DNA of 64,000 bases, taken from positions 1-64,000 of IMG/VR virus record IMGVR_UViG_3300014204_000116. One strand, written 5' to 3'. Source of the DNA: a virus (Duplodnaviria > Caudoviricetes). Positions 19,922 to 28,961 of the stretch are shown here, piece by piece. Made by a program: the position numbers and the translations under genes. The notes under the pieces are model-generated. The model was not told where the DNA came from and made no database searches. It saw only the letters and a list, made by a program, of their open reading frames with translations. How positions within the stretch are numbered: position 1 is the stretch's first letter; every line of letters starts with the position of its first letter.

Positions 19922-20761
19922 CTAATCTTCGCGGCTTGCCATCCTGGGCGTGTAGACTGAGAAGTATTCTCCGTACACTTGGGCGTAATGATCAAAAATT
20001 TCAGCCAGATCGTGCTTCGTTAAGTCCTTTGGCTTGCACCACGATATGGCCTGTGGCTCTGGCACGTCAGGGATATCACAATCGAGTAGCGTCAGACCCA
20101 AAGCTTCGTAGAAATCATCGAGCTTTGACGCCGGTATTTGATCTACGATAGCGCCGAGAGCAGTTTCAAAATCCATGTCCGGGGTGACCGCCTCAAATAG
20201 CACTTGTGCTTTCTTCCGTCCCCATCCTTTAATCCCTTTGATGTTGTCCGATGAGTCTCCCTGAATTGCCAGGGTGATAGCGAGTTGCAATGGCCGCTTA
20301 ATGTGCCACCGGCTAAGTATTTCCCGACGTCCAATCATGCCCTTTGCAGCGACGTCAAAAATGGATATTCTATCGCTGCTGAGCTGGCAGAGATCCTTAT
20401 CCCCCGTCGCTATGATGACATGATCGGATGTGCTGTGCGTAGCGGCTGTGGCTATGAGATCGTCGGCCTCGTACGGTTCTATACGCGCGCTATGCGCTCC
20501 CCACAGGAGCTGCATGTAGCCTTTCACGTACTCCTTGGTGTCCTCATACTCCTTGGGTCGCTCCACGCGCTCCTTGGCCTTTTTCTGGCCTGCATCCCAG
20601 CAAAATAGCACACGATCAATATTTTCGCCTACACGCTTGGGATCTAGGCACATTAGAGCTAGCTGGAGGGTGGTAACGATACACTCTCGCTGCCTGCCCT
20701 GCACTCCGTACCACGCGCGGGCGTAAATCGAGTTCGTGTCAATTATTACATCTGTAGCCAT
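19922..20761 (-). CDS. 5'-3' exonuclease / flap endonuclease (T4 RNase H-like)
   Basis: IIDTNS..., EADDLIA, ATGDKDL.QL, GDSSDNIKGIKGWG.K.A (helix-hairpin-helix). Confidence 0.92.
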   Translation of the reverse strand: MATDVIIDTNSIYARAWYGVQGRQRECIVTTLQLALMCLDPKRVGENIDRVLFCWDAGQKKAKERVERPKEYEDTKEYVKGYMQLLWGAHSARIEPYEADDLIATAATHSTSDHVIIATGDKDLCQLSSDRISIFDVAAKGMIGRREILSRWHIKRPLQLAITLAIQGDSSDNIKGIKGWGRKKAQVLFEAVTPDMDFETALGAIVDQIPASKLDDFYEALGLTLLDCDIPDVPEPQAISWCKPKDLTKHDLAEIFDHYAQVYGEYFSVYTPRMASRED

Positions 20762-20763
20762 CG

Positions 20764-20934
20764 TCAGCCTGCATTTTCGGAGTCTAAACGCTCCTTTTCC
20801 CAGGTGGCGTACTTGTCGAGCATAAAATCCGGTAGTTTGGTTATATCAACGTACAACCCGCGAGCGTTTAGAGCAAGGTAATAAAGCTTTGTCCACCTTG
20901 CCTCTATCCCATCAACGCTCGCCTGTTCGAAAAA
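20764..20934 (-). CDS. Start-less 56-codon ORF, probable frameshift extension of the tail chaperone
   Basis: +1 frame FFEQASVDGIEARWTKLYYLALNARGLYVDITKLPDFMLDKYATWEKERLDSENAG* exactly fills the gap to the exonuclease gene. Confidence 0.6.
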   Translation of the reverse strand, partial: FFEQASVDGIEARWTKLYYLALNARGLYVDITKLPDFMLDKYATWEKERLDSENAG

Positions 20935-21688
20935 AGTCGGTGTTCAGGTCGAGAGAGTAGATAAACTTGCGCCCGCAGCTATCACAGACATGGGGCAGGT
21001 CAGTATTAAGGTGGGGATACAGCGATCCCTGCTGGCGGTCGAGATAGTCGGCGTCCTTAGGGGACAGCGCGTTATACCAGGTGAGGATCTCCTGCCGGTT
21101 TTCTACGGCACCCCCACCGATTTCGATTATGGGCAGAAGGACGTGCGCCAGGTGATCTGACATCTCATTTCTAAGCTCAGGTGAACGCTCAGAAATGCTG
21201 ATCTCGTCCGCTATCGTGAGAAATTTCACTTTCACTGCGTCTTTTGTCTCGGGCAGGGTAATAAGTTCGGTGCCGCTGAAGTCCAGTTCTTTCTTGGCAG
21301 AAACTTCGAGTTCATCAGGCACACGCACACTTTCTGAATGCTCGGTATTGCAGTTGGGGCAGACGGCGGTGTACTCCACCACGCAGTTGTTCCGTATGGA
21401 TTTTGACACCATCAAGATGGTCCAGGCGTCCGAAACGAGCAGCTTTCCAACGTCGCAACCTTTCAGATCACAAACCTTGGCCGTTGCGTCCCAGAGGGCC
21501 ATCTCGCGCTTGGGCTGGCGGCATCGTTCTGTCAGCCATGCGTCCAAAACACTGTCCCAGGGGTAAACAGTGATTTCTCCGGTGGGAAAGGCCTTACGGT
21601 CGTAGAAGGCACCACTGACGAGTCGGACGTTGCGTTTATACTGTTCCCGACGAGGGGCCAAAGACTTCAAATTGGTGTGAATAGCCAT
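20912..21688 (-). CDS. Tail/baseplate assembly chaperone (T4 gp26-like)
   Basis: L...DA..IL...+....Y...CP.C, LP.T...V.VKFLT..DE, C..CG......DFF C-terminus. Confidence 0.75.
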   Translation of the reverse strand: MAIHTNLKSLAPRREQYKRNVRLVSGAFYDRKAFPTGEITVYPWDSVLDAWLTERCRQPKREMALWDATAKVCDLKGCDVGKLLVSDAWTILMVSKSIRNNCVVEYTAVCPNCNTEHSESVRVPDELEVSAKKELDFSGTELITLPETKDAVKVKFLTIADEISISERSPELRNEMSDHLAHVLLPIIEIGGGAVENRQEILTWYNALSPKDADYLDRQQGSLYPHLNTDLPHVCDSCGRKFIYSLDLNTDFFRTGER

Positions 21689-21720
21689 ACGGTATTAAGA
21701 ACAAACCTAAAATGTAGACA

Positions 21721-22743
21721 TTAGTCCTGAATTGTGATCGTTTTCGATAGGATAGACGACAGCAAGCCGGATACTTCCCTTTGAGGAGAGATTATAGGTG
21801 GACCCGTTGGGCTGCCATCGTTACCATTGGAATGCGTGTGACCTGCGGCCCAGAGCAGAAAAACATTCCAAAGCTGGACGAGTCTCTCTCCCAGGACAGC
21901 GGGCTCTGTAGCCTCGGCACCAAACCGCATAAATGGGGATGCAATGGCAAAGTTGGTTGCCGCGTTCAGGCGCATAACCTGGCCGGACGTGATCGTAGCA
22001 CTTAGCCCTGCGGTGAGATCATACGTGGTGCCATAGGTCTCTTCACCCTTTCCCAGCGCTGCCGTGGTGCGGTTGAGAGCTATTTTTTCTGTAACGCTTT
22101 GGCCGCACACGAGATCGATGTTTCCAATAGTCGTGACAAAATCTATGGAGCTTGACACGGAACGCCATTGTCCTCCTGAAATTTGCTGGCAATCGCCTAT
22201 CACGTAAATTGTGAGCAGTTGATTCTGGTCGTCGAGTTCCCACATCTGGCCACGGGGCGTGCTGATCTTGATCTGGCCATTTAGCAACAGCGGATTTCCA
22301 TTCAGCATGGAGAATTGATACCCTGACTTCGTGCTCATGAACATCGAGCCCGAGTTGATCTCAAATGTGTGCCCATAGCGGATCAAGCCTGCACGCTCTG
22401 GAGTGCCAACAGGAGTGCCAACGCCGTAGTTGTGTATTTTATACCCTTTAGACTGGTCTATGGTCTGCATCATCCACATCCACACCGGTTTTTCTGGCTC
22501 ACCGTCTAGAAAGAATACGAGAACTTGATCCCCTGGCTCCGGCAGCCAGTCTATACCGCCAGATAATGCCGATCCACCCGCAGGCAAGCCAGCGGGAATT
22601 GCCCAGGGCAAGTCGTTCACGCTAATGCCCCCGAGTTCTGAATCAGGTACTCCGTAGACGTGCGCGACCGACACTTTCACACGACCCAGTTTTTCTGGGT
22701 CTTTGTTGGACTCTACCACGCCGACATATGGGCCGCATTCCAT
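21721..22743 (-). CDS. Baseplate central spike (gp5/VgrG OB-fold, gpV-like)
   Basis: GVV..NKDPEKLGRVKV..WA.P..P.PGDQV.V.FLDG.P..P; C-terminal HTH..G.PTGPP iron-binding tip. Confidence 0.9.
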   Translation of the reverse strand: MECGPYVGVVESNKDPEKLGRVKVSVAHVYGVPDSELGGISVNDLPWAIPAGLPAGGSALSGGIDWLPEPGDQVLVFFLDGEPEKPVWMWMMQTIDQSKGYKIHNYGVGTPVGTPERAGLIRYGHTFEINSGSMFMSTKSGYQFSMLNGNPLLLNGQIKISTPRGQMWELDDQNQLLTIYVIGDCQQISGGQWRSVSSSIDFVTTIGNIDLVCGQSVTEKIALNRTTAALGKGEETYGTTYDLTAGLSATITSGQVMRLNAATNFAIASPFMRFGAEATEPAVLGERLVQLWNVFLLWAAGHTHSNGNDGSPTGPPIISPQREVSGLLSSILSKTITIQD

Positions 22744-22790
22744 GCCTTAACTACCCACAATAATCAATACGAACTAGTAGTTAACAGCGT

Positions 22791-23645
22791 ATGGGCAGAA
22801 TAATCTCTCAGCAGCGCAATACCTGGGGAAGTGCGGGGAATACGGATAATCCCCAGAGGGCAGATCTCTGGGTTGTAGACCTCCAGTCCGTGGTCCGGGG
22901 GCTCAACGCTGCCATCGTGGCTAATCCAACGTTTGATATTGCTCAATTAGTGGAACTTCCTCTCTACTTTGCACAGAGCATAGCACTGCCGGAATTGAAA
23001 GTTACGCCTGCTGAGTTTGGGCGCGATTCAAATCCGCACCAGATGCCTCTTAACGACGAAGCCACGGGTATGGTCCGCATCGTCTTCTACATGGATTCCC
23101 CTGGAAATCAAGCCCGGTCTAAGGTATACCAGCTTTTAGACACCTGGCGGACATTTGTGCGCGCCGGTCGCCCCACGTTTGGATCAGAAAATGGGATTCC
23201 ACTTTACACAACATCCGATAAAGTAACGTACAGCACAGATCACGCGTTCAACATAAGCGTTCAGCTTTTACGTGGTGCTTCCAAGCCAGAGATCATTGAT
23301 GTTGTGAACAATATCTCTAATGAATACTATGGCAACTTAGACGAATTTTCCCGCGAGTTGGCATCCTTGCCGGTTGAAGAGCGAGAAGCCAGGATGAAGC
23401 AGATGCTGGTTAACGCGGGGCGCACTGATGAAGTCGGCGTGATCAATGATCTTGAAGTGTGTGGGCACTATCAGATCCAGCAGGCCTGGCTGAGCAGCTT
23501 TAGAGTATCTGATTTATCTTACGTTAACGGGGGAGCACTCACCACAATCGAGGCTAACATCTATGCTGATTATTTCATAGATATGGCCGCAAGCGCCAAA
23601 AAGACCGCGTCTGTCTACTCCACCATGTCAGGCGTGACCTCTTAA
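22791..23645 (+). CDS. Second tail-tube-like protein (tube initiator, gp48/gp54-like)
   Basis: N-terminus MGRIISQQRNTWGSAG..QRADLW parallels the tube protein MGRIVFNNTFGSQG..QRNDLW. Confidence 0.65.
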   Translation: MGRIISQQRNTWGSAGNTDNPQRADLWVVDLQSVVRGLNAAIVANPTFDIAQLVELPLYFAQSIALPELKVTPAEFGRDSNPHQMPLNDEATGMVRIVFYMDSPGNQARSKVYQLLDTWRTFVRAGRPTFGSENGIPLYTTSDKVTYSTDHAFNISVQLLRGASKPEIIDVVNNISNEYYGNLDEFSRELASLPVEEREARMKQMLVNAGRTDEVGVINDLEVCGHYQIQQAWLSSFRVSDLSYVNGGALTTIEANIYADYFIDMAASAKKTASVYSTMSGVTS

Positions 23646-23836
23646 TTTGGGATCGGCATGGTGCCAAGTGGGGGAATGGGCTTCTCCACCGGGGCGGGCT
23701 TCTCCGCTTGACGGCGTGCCATATCCAGCGCTATGTTGACCTGCGCGGAGTGGTCAGTAGTTGGAATCGCAGCAGGCGTTTCCGATTTTGATCCTTCTAC
23801 CTTTTTGGCAATGTCTATGTAGTCATTAACGTTCAC
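23642..23836 (-). CDS. Small hypothetical protein
   Basis: GTG start behind a TGTTCT motif at 23844-23849. Confidence 0.45.
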   Translation of the reverse strand: MNVNDYIDIAKKVEGSKSETPAAIPTTDHSAQVNIALDMARRQAEKPAPVEKPIPPLGTMPIPN

Positions 23837-23896
23837 ACCATTAAGAACAAAAATCGCGTGCAAACCTTGGATAATTTACGTTCTTAGCCTCGGGCT

Positions 23897-24997
23897 ATGA
23901 CAGGGCAAACTCTTAAGCATACCGTTGAGACCATGTTTGATGTCGTGCGCGACAGGTGCACGCCAGACGAAATAGTCTTCATCTGCCCACAGCCCGGTTG
24001 TGGTGATTCCACCGGCAACCGTTCAGTAAACCTGAAAAGTGGCAAGACTTCCTGCTGGAGATGCAACATAGGCGGTGATTTCGTAAAGTGGGCGCGCTGG
24101 ATAGGCTTTGCCCTGGAGGACAGCGGCGAGGCAGGCGTTACCGTAGAAGATTTACGCGCAGCCATAGAAGCCCCCACTAAACCGGCTCCGTTTGTGCCCG
24201 TTATCTCGGAGATCACCCTCCCGGTTGGGTTTAAGACCTGTTATGATAATCCAGATTCTGTCTACACTCGGCTCATAGGAGAGATGGCCAGGAGGAAAAA
24301 TCTTGAGCCCGAGGATCTCATCAATGCCGGGGTTGGCTACACGAATGACATGAAGTCCAAGTGGGAGCCATTCGCAATTTTTCCAGTCTTGGAGTATGGC
24401 CGCACTGTGTATTACCAGGGCAGAACGTACTGGGATGATCCGGGGGTTAGCACAAAGCGCTTTCCCAGCCGACTAGAGGCCCCACTATCCTCCAAGTATT
24501 GGCTCTACAACATAGACGCTTTACACGCGGAGACCGCGCGGACTGCCGTCGTTGTGGAGTCAATGCTGAACGTTTTAAGCCTTCAAAAGGAGTTTGGTGC
24601 CCGTGGCATCACCGACATGGTGCCAGTATGTGCGTTTAAGCACGCGGTAAGCAAGCCTCAGTTCTACAAATTGCTGCGGTTTAAACACCTTACGGAAGTA
24701 TGCCTCCTGTTCGACTTTGACGCAATTGAGCTATCCTGGCAGGATGCCAAGAAGATCGATAACAACATCCACGTATCCATAGCCGAAATGCCATTGAATG
24801 CGAAAAATCCTAAGTTTGACCCAAACGATGACGTTAAAGCCGCTATGGAGGCCATCTACGCTCGGAAGCCATTTCATCTATCCGATCTTACGGCTCGCCG
24901 CTTGCAGTCAGTTGACTATTCTTTCATGTCTCGATCCTTAAGCGGGCAGCTCATCGACTTCCTTCATCCCGTTCCTGTCGAATTGTCTACTAAATAA
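23897..24997 (+). CDS. DNA primase (zinc finger plus TOPRIM)
   Basis: CPQPGCGD...CWRC zinc finger, YYQGR, VVVES, LLFDFDA, DPND. Confidence 0.88.
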   Translation: MTGQTLKHTVETMFDVVRDRCTPDEIVFICPQPGCGDSTGNRSVNLKSGKTSCWRCNIGGDFVKWARWIGFALEDSGEAGVTVEDLRAAIEAPTKPAPFVPVISEITLPVGFKTCYDNPDSVYTRLIGEMARRKNLEPEDLINAGVGYTNDMKSKWEPFAIFPVLEYGRTVYYQGRTYWDDPGVSTKRFPSRLEAPLSSKYWLYNIDALHAETARTAVVVESMLNVLSLQKEFGARGITDMVPVCAFKHAVSKPQFYKLLRFKHLTEVCLLFDFDAIELSWQDAKKIDNNIHVSIAEMPLNAKNPKFDPNDDVKAAMEAIYARKPFHLSDLTARRLQSVDYSFMSRSLSGQLIDFLHPVPVELSTK

Positions 24998-25014
24998 TAT
25001 TGTTCTCATACACT

Positions 25015-25605
25015 ATGAGCAAGCTGCATTTATTGAACGAAAAGATTGCGGTGCAAGAGATACGCGAAGAACTTCAGGGCTCTATCGCCCTGCCTGAGCA
25101 TCGCCTTATCAAGCACGAACTGGGCCGAGTTGTCGCTGTCGGCAATGGCAAATACCGCACTGGTGAAAACAAAACGATGTGGGTGAAAGAGGGTGACATC
25201 GTACTCTACCAGCTTGGTGCCCCACAGCAAAACAACGCGCTGTTTAAAATCGACGGTAAGCCACTCAAGGTGTTTCACCAGGGCGACGTCATCGCCCGCT
25301 TGTCGAGCCCTACCGTGAAGATGGAGAACTTCGCAATTGTTGGGAATTGGGTGCTCTTGTCCGTGGAAGTCGAACAGGGCGTTATCCTCGTGCCTGAGGC
25401 CATCGCTCCCTCCGAGACTTTCAAGTTCAGACTGCTCCAAAAAGGTGCAGGCTTTGACCTGCCCGGCGTCGAGATCGGAGACGAAGTGCTCCCCGAGCGT
25501 GGACGATGCGCCCCCATAGAAATCGATGGTAAAACTTACGTGTTTACGCTCCAGGACTTCATCCACGGCACTGTCACGGACGGCAAGTCAAAAGCGACTA
25601 AGTAA
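25015..25605 (+). CDS. Co-chaperonin with two tandem GroES-like domains
   Basis: Domain 1: GSIALP..GRVVAVGNG..VKEGDIVLY..IDGK..DVIA. Domain 2: GVILVP..GAG..VEIGDEVL..IDGKTY. Confidence 0.8.
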   Translation: MSKLHLLNEKIAVQEIREELQGSIALPEHRLIKHELGRVVAVGNGKYRTGENKTMWVKEGDIVLYQLGAPQQNNALFKIDGKPLKVFHQGDVIARLSSPTVKMENFAIVGNWVLLSVEVEQGVILVPEAIAPSETFKFRLLQKGAGFDLPGVEIGDEVLPERGRCAPIEIDGKTYVFTLQDFIHGTVTDGKSKATK

Positions 25606-26260
25606 GAGTCGCAGGGGGATCAGTGAGAAGCCGCTCGTCATTGAGCGGCTTCTCTGTTTTAAGGCCCGCAATCTCAGGGAACTGAAGTTCGTCATCGTGA
25701 GTGGGCAGCCACTCGGCAGGAACATCTTTTAGGAAGCTGGTATCTTTTAGCTGCCGGTTCATTTCGCTGTTCTCATCCGAAGCATTTTGAATGATGAACA
25801 TCACCGACTTTATAATGTGCTGCTCTGGATCTTTTATGTTCTGCCGAAGCTCCACGTACACTACCAGGGATTGTGTGCCTGTGACTGTCACTCGGAGTAG
25901 ATCACGGGAATGGAGCTGAGAGCGCTGCCAGGCACGCCCCTTCTTGACTATGCCCGGTCGATTGGTTTTGCTGATCTCCTTGGTGGGATCAAAGTCTGGA
26001 TTGGACGTAACGTAAGCCATTCTTCCACCGGCCTGGTTGTCCTCCAGCTTAAGCTCGATGCTGAAGCGCTTTCTTTCAGTCACAAGCGAGCCATCCTCCG
26101 CTGCCAGTGTGTTGAACTTAAAGCCTTCTTCCAGGAATGCGCCAAGACGCCGTATGGCACTGCAATAAGCTCCTATCCGTTCTTCTCGACAGGTAGGTAG
26201 TTTTCTTCCGGTCGCAGGGATAGATACCGGCTGGCTTTCATACCTCGTGATTTCGTTCAT
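25598..26260 (-). CDS. Hypothetical protein
   Basis: 220-aa ORF behind a TGTTCT motif at 26268-26273. Confidence 0.65.
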   Translation of the reverse strand: MNEITRYESQPVSIPATGRKLPTCREERIGAYCSAIRRLGAFLEEGFKFNTLAAEDGSLVTERKRFSIELKLEDNQAGGRMAYVTSNPDFDPTKEISKTNRPGIVKKGRAWQRSQLHSRDLLRVTVTGTQSLVVYVELRQNIKDPEQHIIKSVMFIIQNASDENSEMNRQLKDTSFLKDVPAEWLPTHDDELQFPEIAGLKTEKPLNDERLLTDPPATLT

Positions 26261-26273
26261 TATTTACAGAACA

Positions 26274-26302
26274 AAAAGCCGCCCCAAATTGGGACGGCTT
26301 TT
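26274..26302 (-). terminator. Intrinsic terminator, possibly bidirectional
   Basis: AAAAGCCG-CCC..GGG-ACGGCTTTT inverted repeat flanked by A/T runs. Confidence 0.75.
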
Positions 26303-26325
26303 GATCGTATCCGAAGAGATGGCGT

Positions 26326-26823
26326 TTAGACGCCTTCTTTTGTGGAGTCGATAATACCGGTCGCAGGAGCCACAGTGCCCCATTTCTTTTTGAGCTCGGT
26401 CTTGTTCCAACCCTCATCATAGCCCCAGGAACGACGACCGGTGGCCACGATATCGATCTGTGCATTGCGCAGGTCGGCTTTGTTGCGGAGAACGGCGGTA
26501 ATGTTGGCCTTTGCCCCGACCGCTGCACCACTGAGGGAGTTGTAGGTCGAGCTGACGGTGGCGTTACCCGATCCGAAGAATGCAACGCGCTTCGAGAGCA
26601 GGTTGAATGATTTGGTCTGGGTTCCACCGGGCACGACTACGAACGGAGTTCCAACCTTGGCCCAACCTGACGGCGAAGAATCGCCATCGTAGGATCGAAG
26701 CTGAATAACCACCGTGTTAGCACCCGTATTTTCGACGATGAAATCGATGTTGCCGAGGCGGTCGTTGGCCGACTGCGCATAACCGGCGAATACATCGATA
26801 TTCGTGCCGAATCCAAATGTCAT
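26326..26823 (-). CDS. Small beta-sandwich virion-type protein (paralogue family A)
   Basis: ENTGANTVVIQL..VG....VVPGG; start uncertain (ATG 26823 or TTG 26832). Confidence 0.65.
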   Translation of the reverse strand: MTFGFGTNIDVFAGYAQSANDRLGNIDFIVENTGANTVVIQLRSYDGDSSPSGWAKVGTPFVVVPGGTQTKSFNLLSKRVAFFGSGNATVSSTYNSLSGAAVGAKANITAVLRNKADLRNAQIDIVATGRRSWGYDEGWNKTELKKKWGTVAPATGIIDSTKEGV

Positions 26824-26997
26824 CTGGTTCAATTGAGTCTTTCTGTGAGATTGCTCAATCCTAGCAGATACTCACTATGCTAGCCGTTTTGTTGATAGTG
26901 GGATTGGCACTATCCTTAGAAACAACGTGTTTCTCAGTAACACTGTAACAAGCGTAAATGTGCAGCTTTTTTCTTAAAGCTGTGGGAAGCTAATCTT

Positions 26998-28047
26998 TTA
27001 CGAAGAGTATACCTCCATTCCGAACTTGAGCATCTCCTCACTCGAAATGGGTATACCCCGATCCGAAGGTGGATTTTTATCCAGATAATGTCGCATCACG
27101 CGCTCCGGTGTCCAGGATTCGCTGGCGACCTCAGCCCGGCTCTCCGCAAGAGCAGCAGAAACATCGAAATCATATTGTGGCTCAGCACGATGCGAAAATT
27201 TGTGGGCGTAAAATTGGGCGGCTTCTTCAGGCGATTTCAGAACAACACGAAACCGATCTTCGCATCCTTCTGTGCAGAGATCGTTAAACTCGTGCAGTTT
27301 GACCTCGCGATATTCGGGAAAGCCCGCGATGTCTACCCATTGCAGATCGATCTCGCCTTCAGGTGAAATGTCTACAATTCCCACTCGTTTTTCTTCGCCA
27401 GCCTCGCCCCAGTCCTGTTGAAACGGGCTGCCAACATAGTGGCAGTTTCCAATCTGCTGTGGCCGGTGGATGTGGCCGAGGAGGCCCAGTTTGAACCAGG
27501 CTAACTTTTCGATGGTCAAGCCTGCCAGCAATTGGCCACTTGGACCCCAACAGCCTGAAATCTGAAAATGGCCAAGCAGGATGCTCTTAATACCCTGAGA
27601 CTCTGCCCGCTCCTTTTCTAGCCAGGTAGCCAGCTCGATCTCGTCAGCCGGATAGGGAGCGCAGACGACCTGGACATGGTCATTGACCATGAAGGACCAC
27701 GGCTGGCTGACCACTCTGAAATAGGGCTGGAATAGCTGTCCTACGGTGACCTGGGTATTGCGCAAGTACTGCTCGTGGTTACCGACCAGCTTCACGTTGA
27801 AGTCGTTCCAGGGAAATTGAGCGAGATTGGCACAGAGGGCGTCAATGGCTGGGACAGGGATAGCAGTGCGGTCGTCAGTCGTGTCGCCCAGATCCCACAG
27901 GGCGGTGCAATTGAACTTCTTGTAGATGTCTAGCAACGACTGGTAGAATTGATTTACACGCCATATCTGGAGTGACTGGGTTGGGTTGCTGTATAGATGT
28001 TCATGGCCATCGGTGGCCTGGAGATCAGCGTAAACAAGTGCTCGCAT
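26998..28047 (-). CDS. SbcD/Mre11-like metallophosphoesterase nuclease (T4 gp47-like)
   Basis: ADLQ, LGD, GNHE, LGHIH, YVGSPFQQDWGE motifs. Confidence 0.92.
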   Translation of the reverse strand: MRALVYADLQATDGHEHLYSNPTQSLQIWRVNQFYQSLLDIYKKFNCTALWDLGDTTDDRTAIPVPAIDALCANLAQFPWNDFNVKLVGNHEQYLRNTQVTVGQLFQPYFRVVSQPWSFMVNDHVQVVCAPYPADEIELATWLEKERAESQGIKSILLGHFQISGCWGPSGQLLAGLTIEKLAWFKLGLLGHIHRPQQIGNCHYVGSPFQQDWGEAGEEKRVGIVDISPEGEIDLQWVDIAGFPEYREVKLHEFNDLCTEGCEDRFRVVLKSPEEAAQFYAHKFSHRAEPQYDFDVSAALAESRAEVASESWTPERVMRHYLDKNPPSDRGIPISSEEMLKFGMEVYSS

Positions 28048-28093
28048 AGTTTCTCTTTACAAGAACACATTAATTCGATAATATGTGTAAGGT

Positions 28094-28270
28094 ATGCGAA
28101 ACAAAATTGTTACATTTGGCGATTTCATCAGGGCGACACTCGGTACAAAAATGAGGCCGAGTAAAGCCACCAAAATTGTGAACAGTGACCTTTTGACCGG
28201 TTCCATCAAATTCTGCGATCCCAGTGCAGCCCGCCAGTGCATCCGCCAATTCACCGAGAGTTTCGGTTGA
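28094..28270 (+). CDS. Small hypothetical protein (58 aa), not in the ORF track
   Basis: Hand-translated MRNKIVTFGDFIRATLG...FTESFG*. Confidence 0.35.
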   Translation: MRNKIVTFGDFIRATLGTKMRPSKATKIVNSDLLTGSIKFCDPSAARQCIRQFTESFG

Positions 28271-28340
28271 TTTTTCAATTGTTTATAGCGCAGTTTGTTG
28301 ACACCGTAATTTTGTTCTTTAAAGCAGGACATTTAGTACG

Positions 28341-28547
28341 ATGCAAGTCTACGCTTTATACAACGGTAGTGATAAGGTCTGCGAGGTTGACGTTGAGACC
28401 GTGCCATGGCTGCCGGTAAAACCGAGAGTGCCGGACGCGTGGCTGCGTATTTTCGTAAAAACGGCGCTTAGCAGCTATTTCGGCCAGTCTAAACGTCCTG
28501 CACGGCGTTCTAATCGGCTTGCAACAAGCCTGGATTCATGCCGCTAG
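28341..28547 (+). CDS. Small hypothetical protein
   Basis: ORF behind TGTTCT at 28313. Confidence 0.45.
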   Translation: MQVYALYNGSDKVCEVDVETVPWLPVKPRVPDAWLRIFVKTALSSYFGQSKRPARRSNRLATSLDSCR

Positions 28548-28577
28548 CTGATCCCACTTCCTACCAGGTGTAGTTAG

Positions 28578-28952
28578 ATGCGTATGAACATCACGTACGA
28601 GCGCATTGCAAAAATAATGCAGGAAGATGCGGCCCCGTCCCAAGTTGGCCACAAGACTTCTGTGTTCATAAACCGCATGATGATGCGCTTGTTCTCTGCG
28701 CCTTCGCTGCTATCAACACTCGCCGACGTAGGAATTGTGTCCGAGGGAGCAACCAATGGTGGATCAACCACCATCCAGCTTGATTTTCAGCGTTTACCTG
28801 AGGAGGCTATTCCCGTCGTTATCAGCCTCATAGCGTCCCCGGTGCCCATGCGCATGCTGAAATATGTGAAAAACGGCCAGGCCCGCAATGGGTTTGAATT
28901 TAAGCTTTCCGAAGCCGATCTACCCTGCGACGACTACGACATGGCTAATTAA
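28578..28952 (+). CDS. Hypothetical late protein
   Basis: Preceded by GTAGTTA at 28570. Confidence 0.6.
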   Translation: MRMNITYERIAKIMQEDAAPSQVGHKTSVFINRMMMRLFSAPSLLSTLADVGIVSEGATNGGSTTIQLDFQRLPEEAIPVVISLIASPVPMRMLKYVKNGQARNGFEFKLSEADLPCDDYDMAN

Positions 28953-28961
28953 GCGCCTATC

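Noticed and set aside
11785-23645. Bacterial contractile injection system, tailocin or T6SS
   Set aside because: Portal, neck, primase, helicases and phage promoters show that this is a phage genome.
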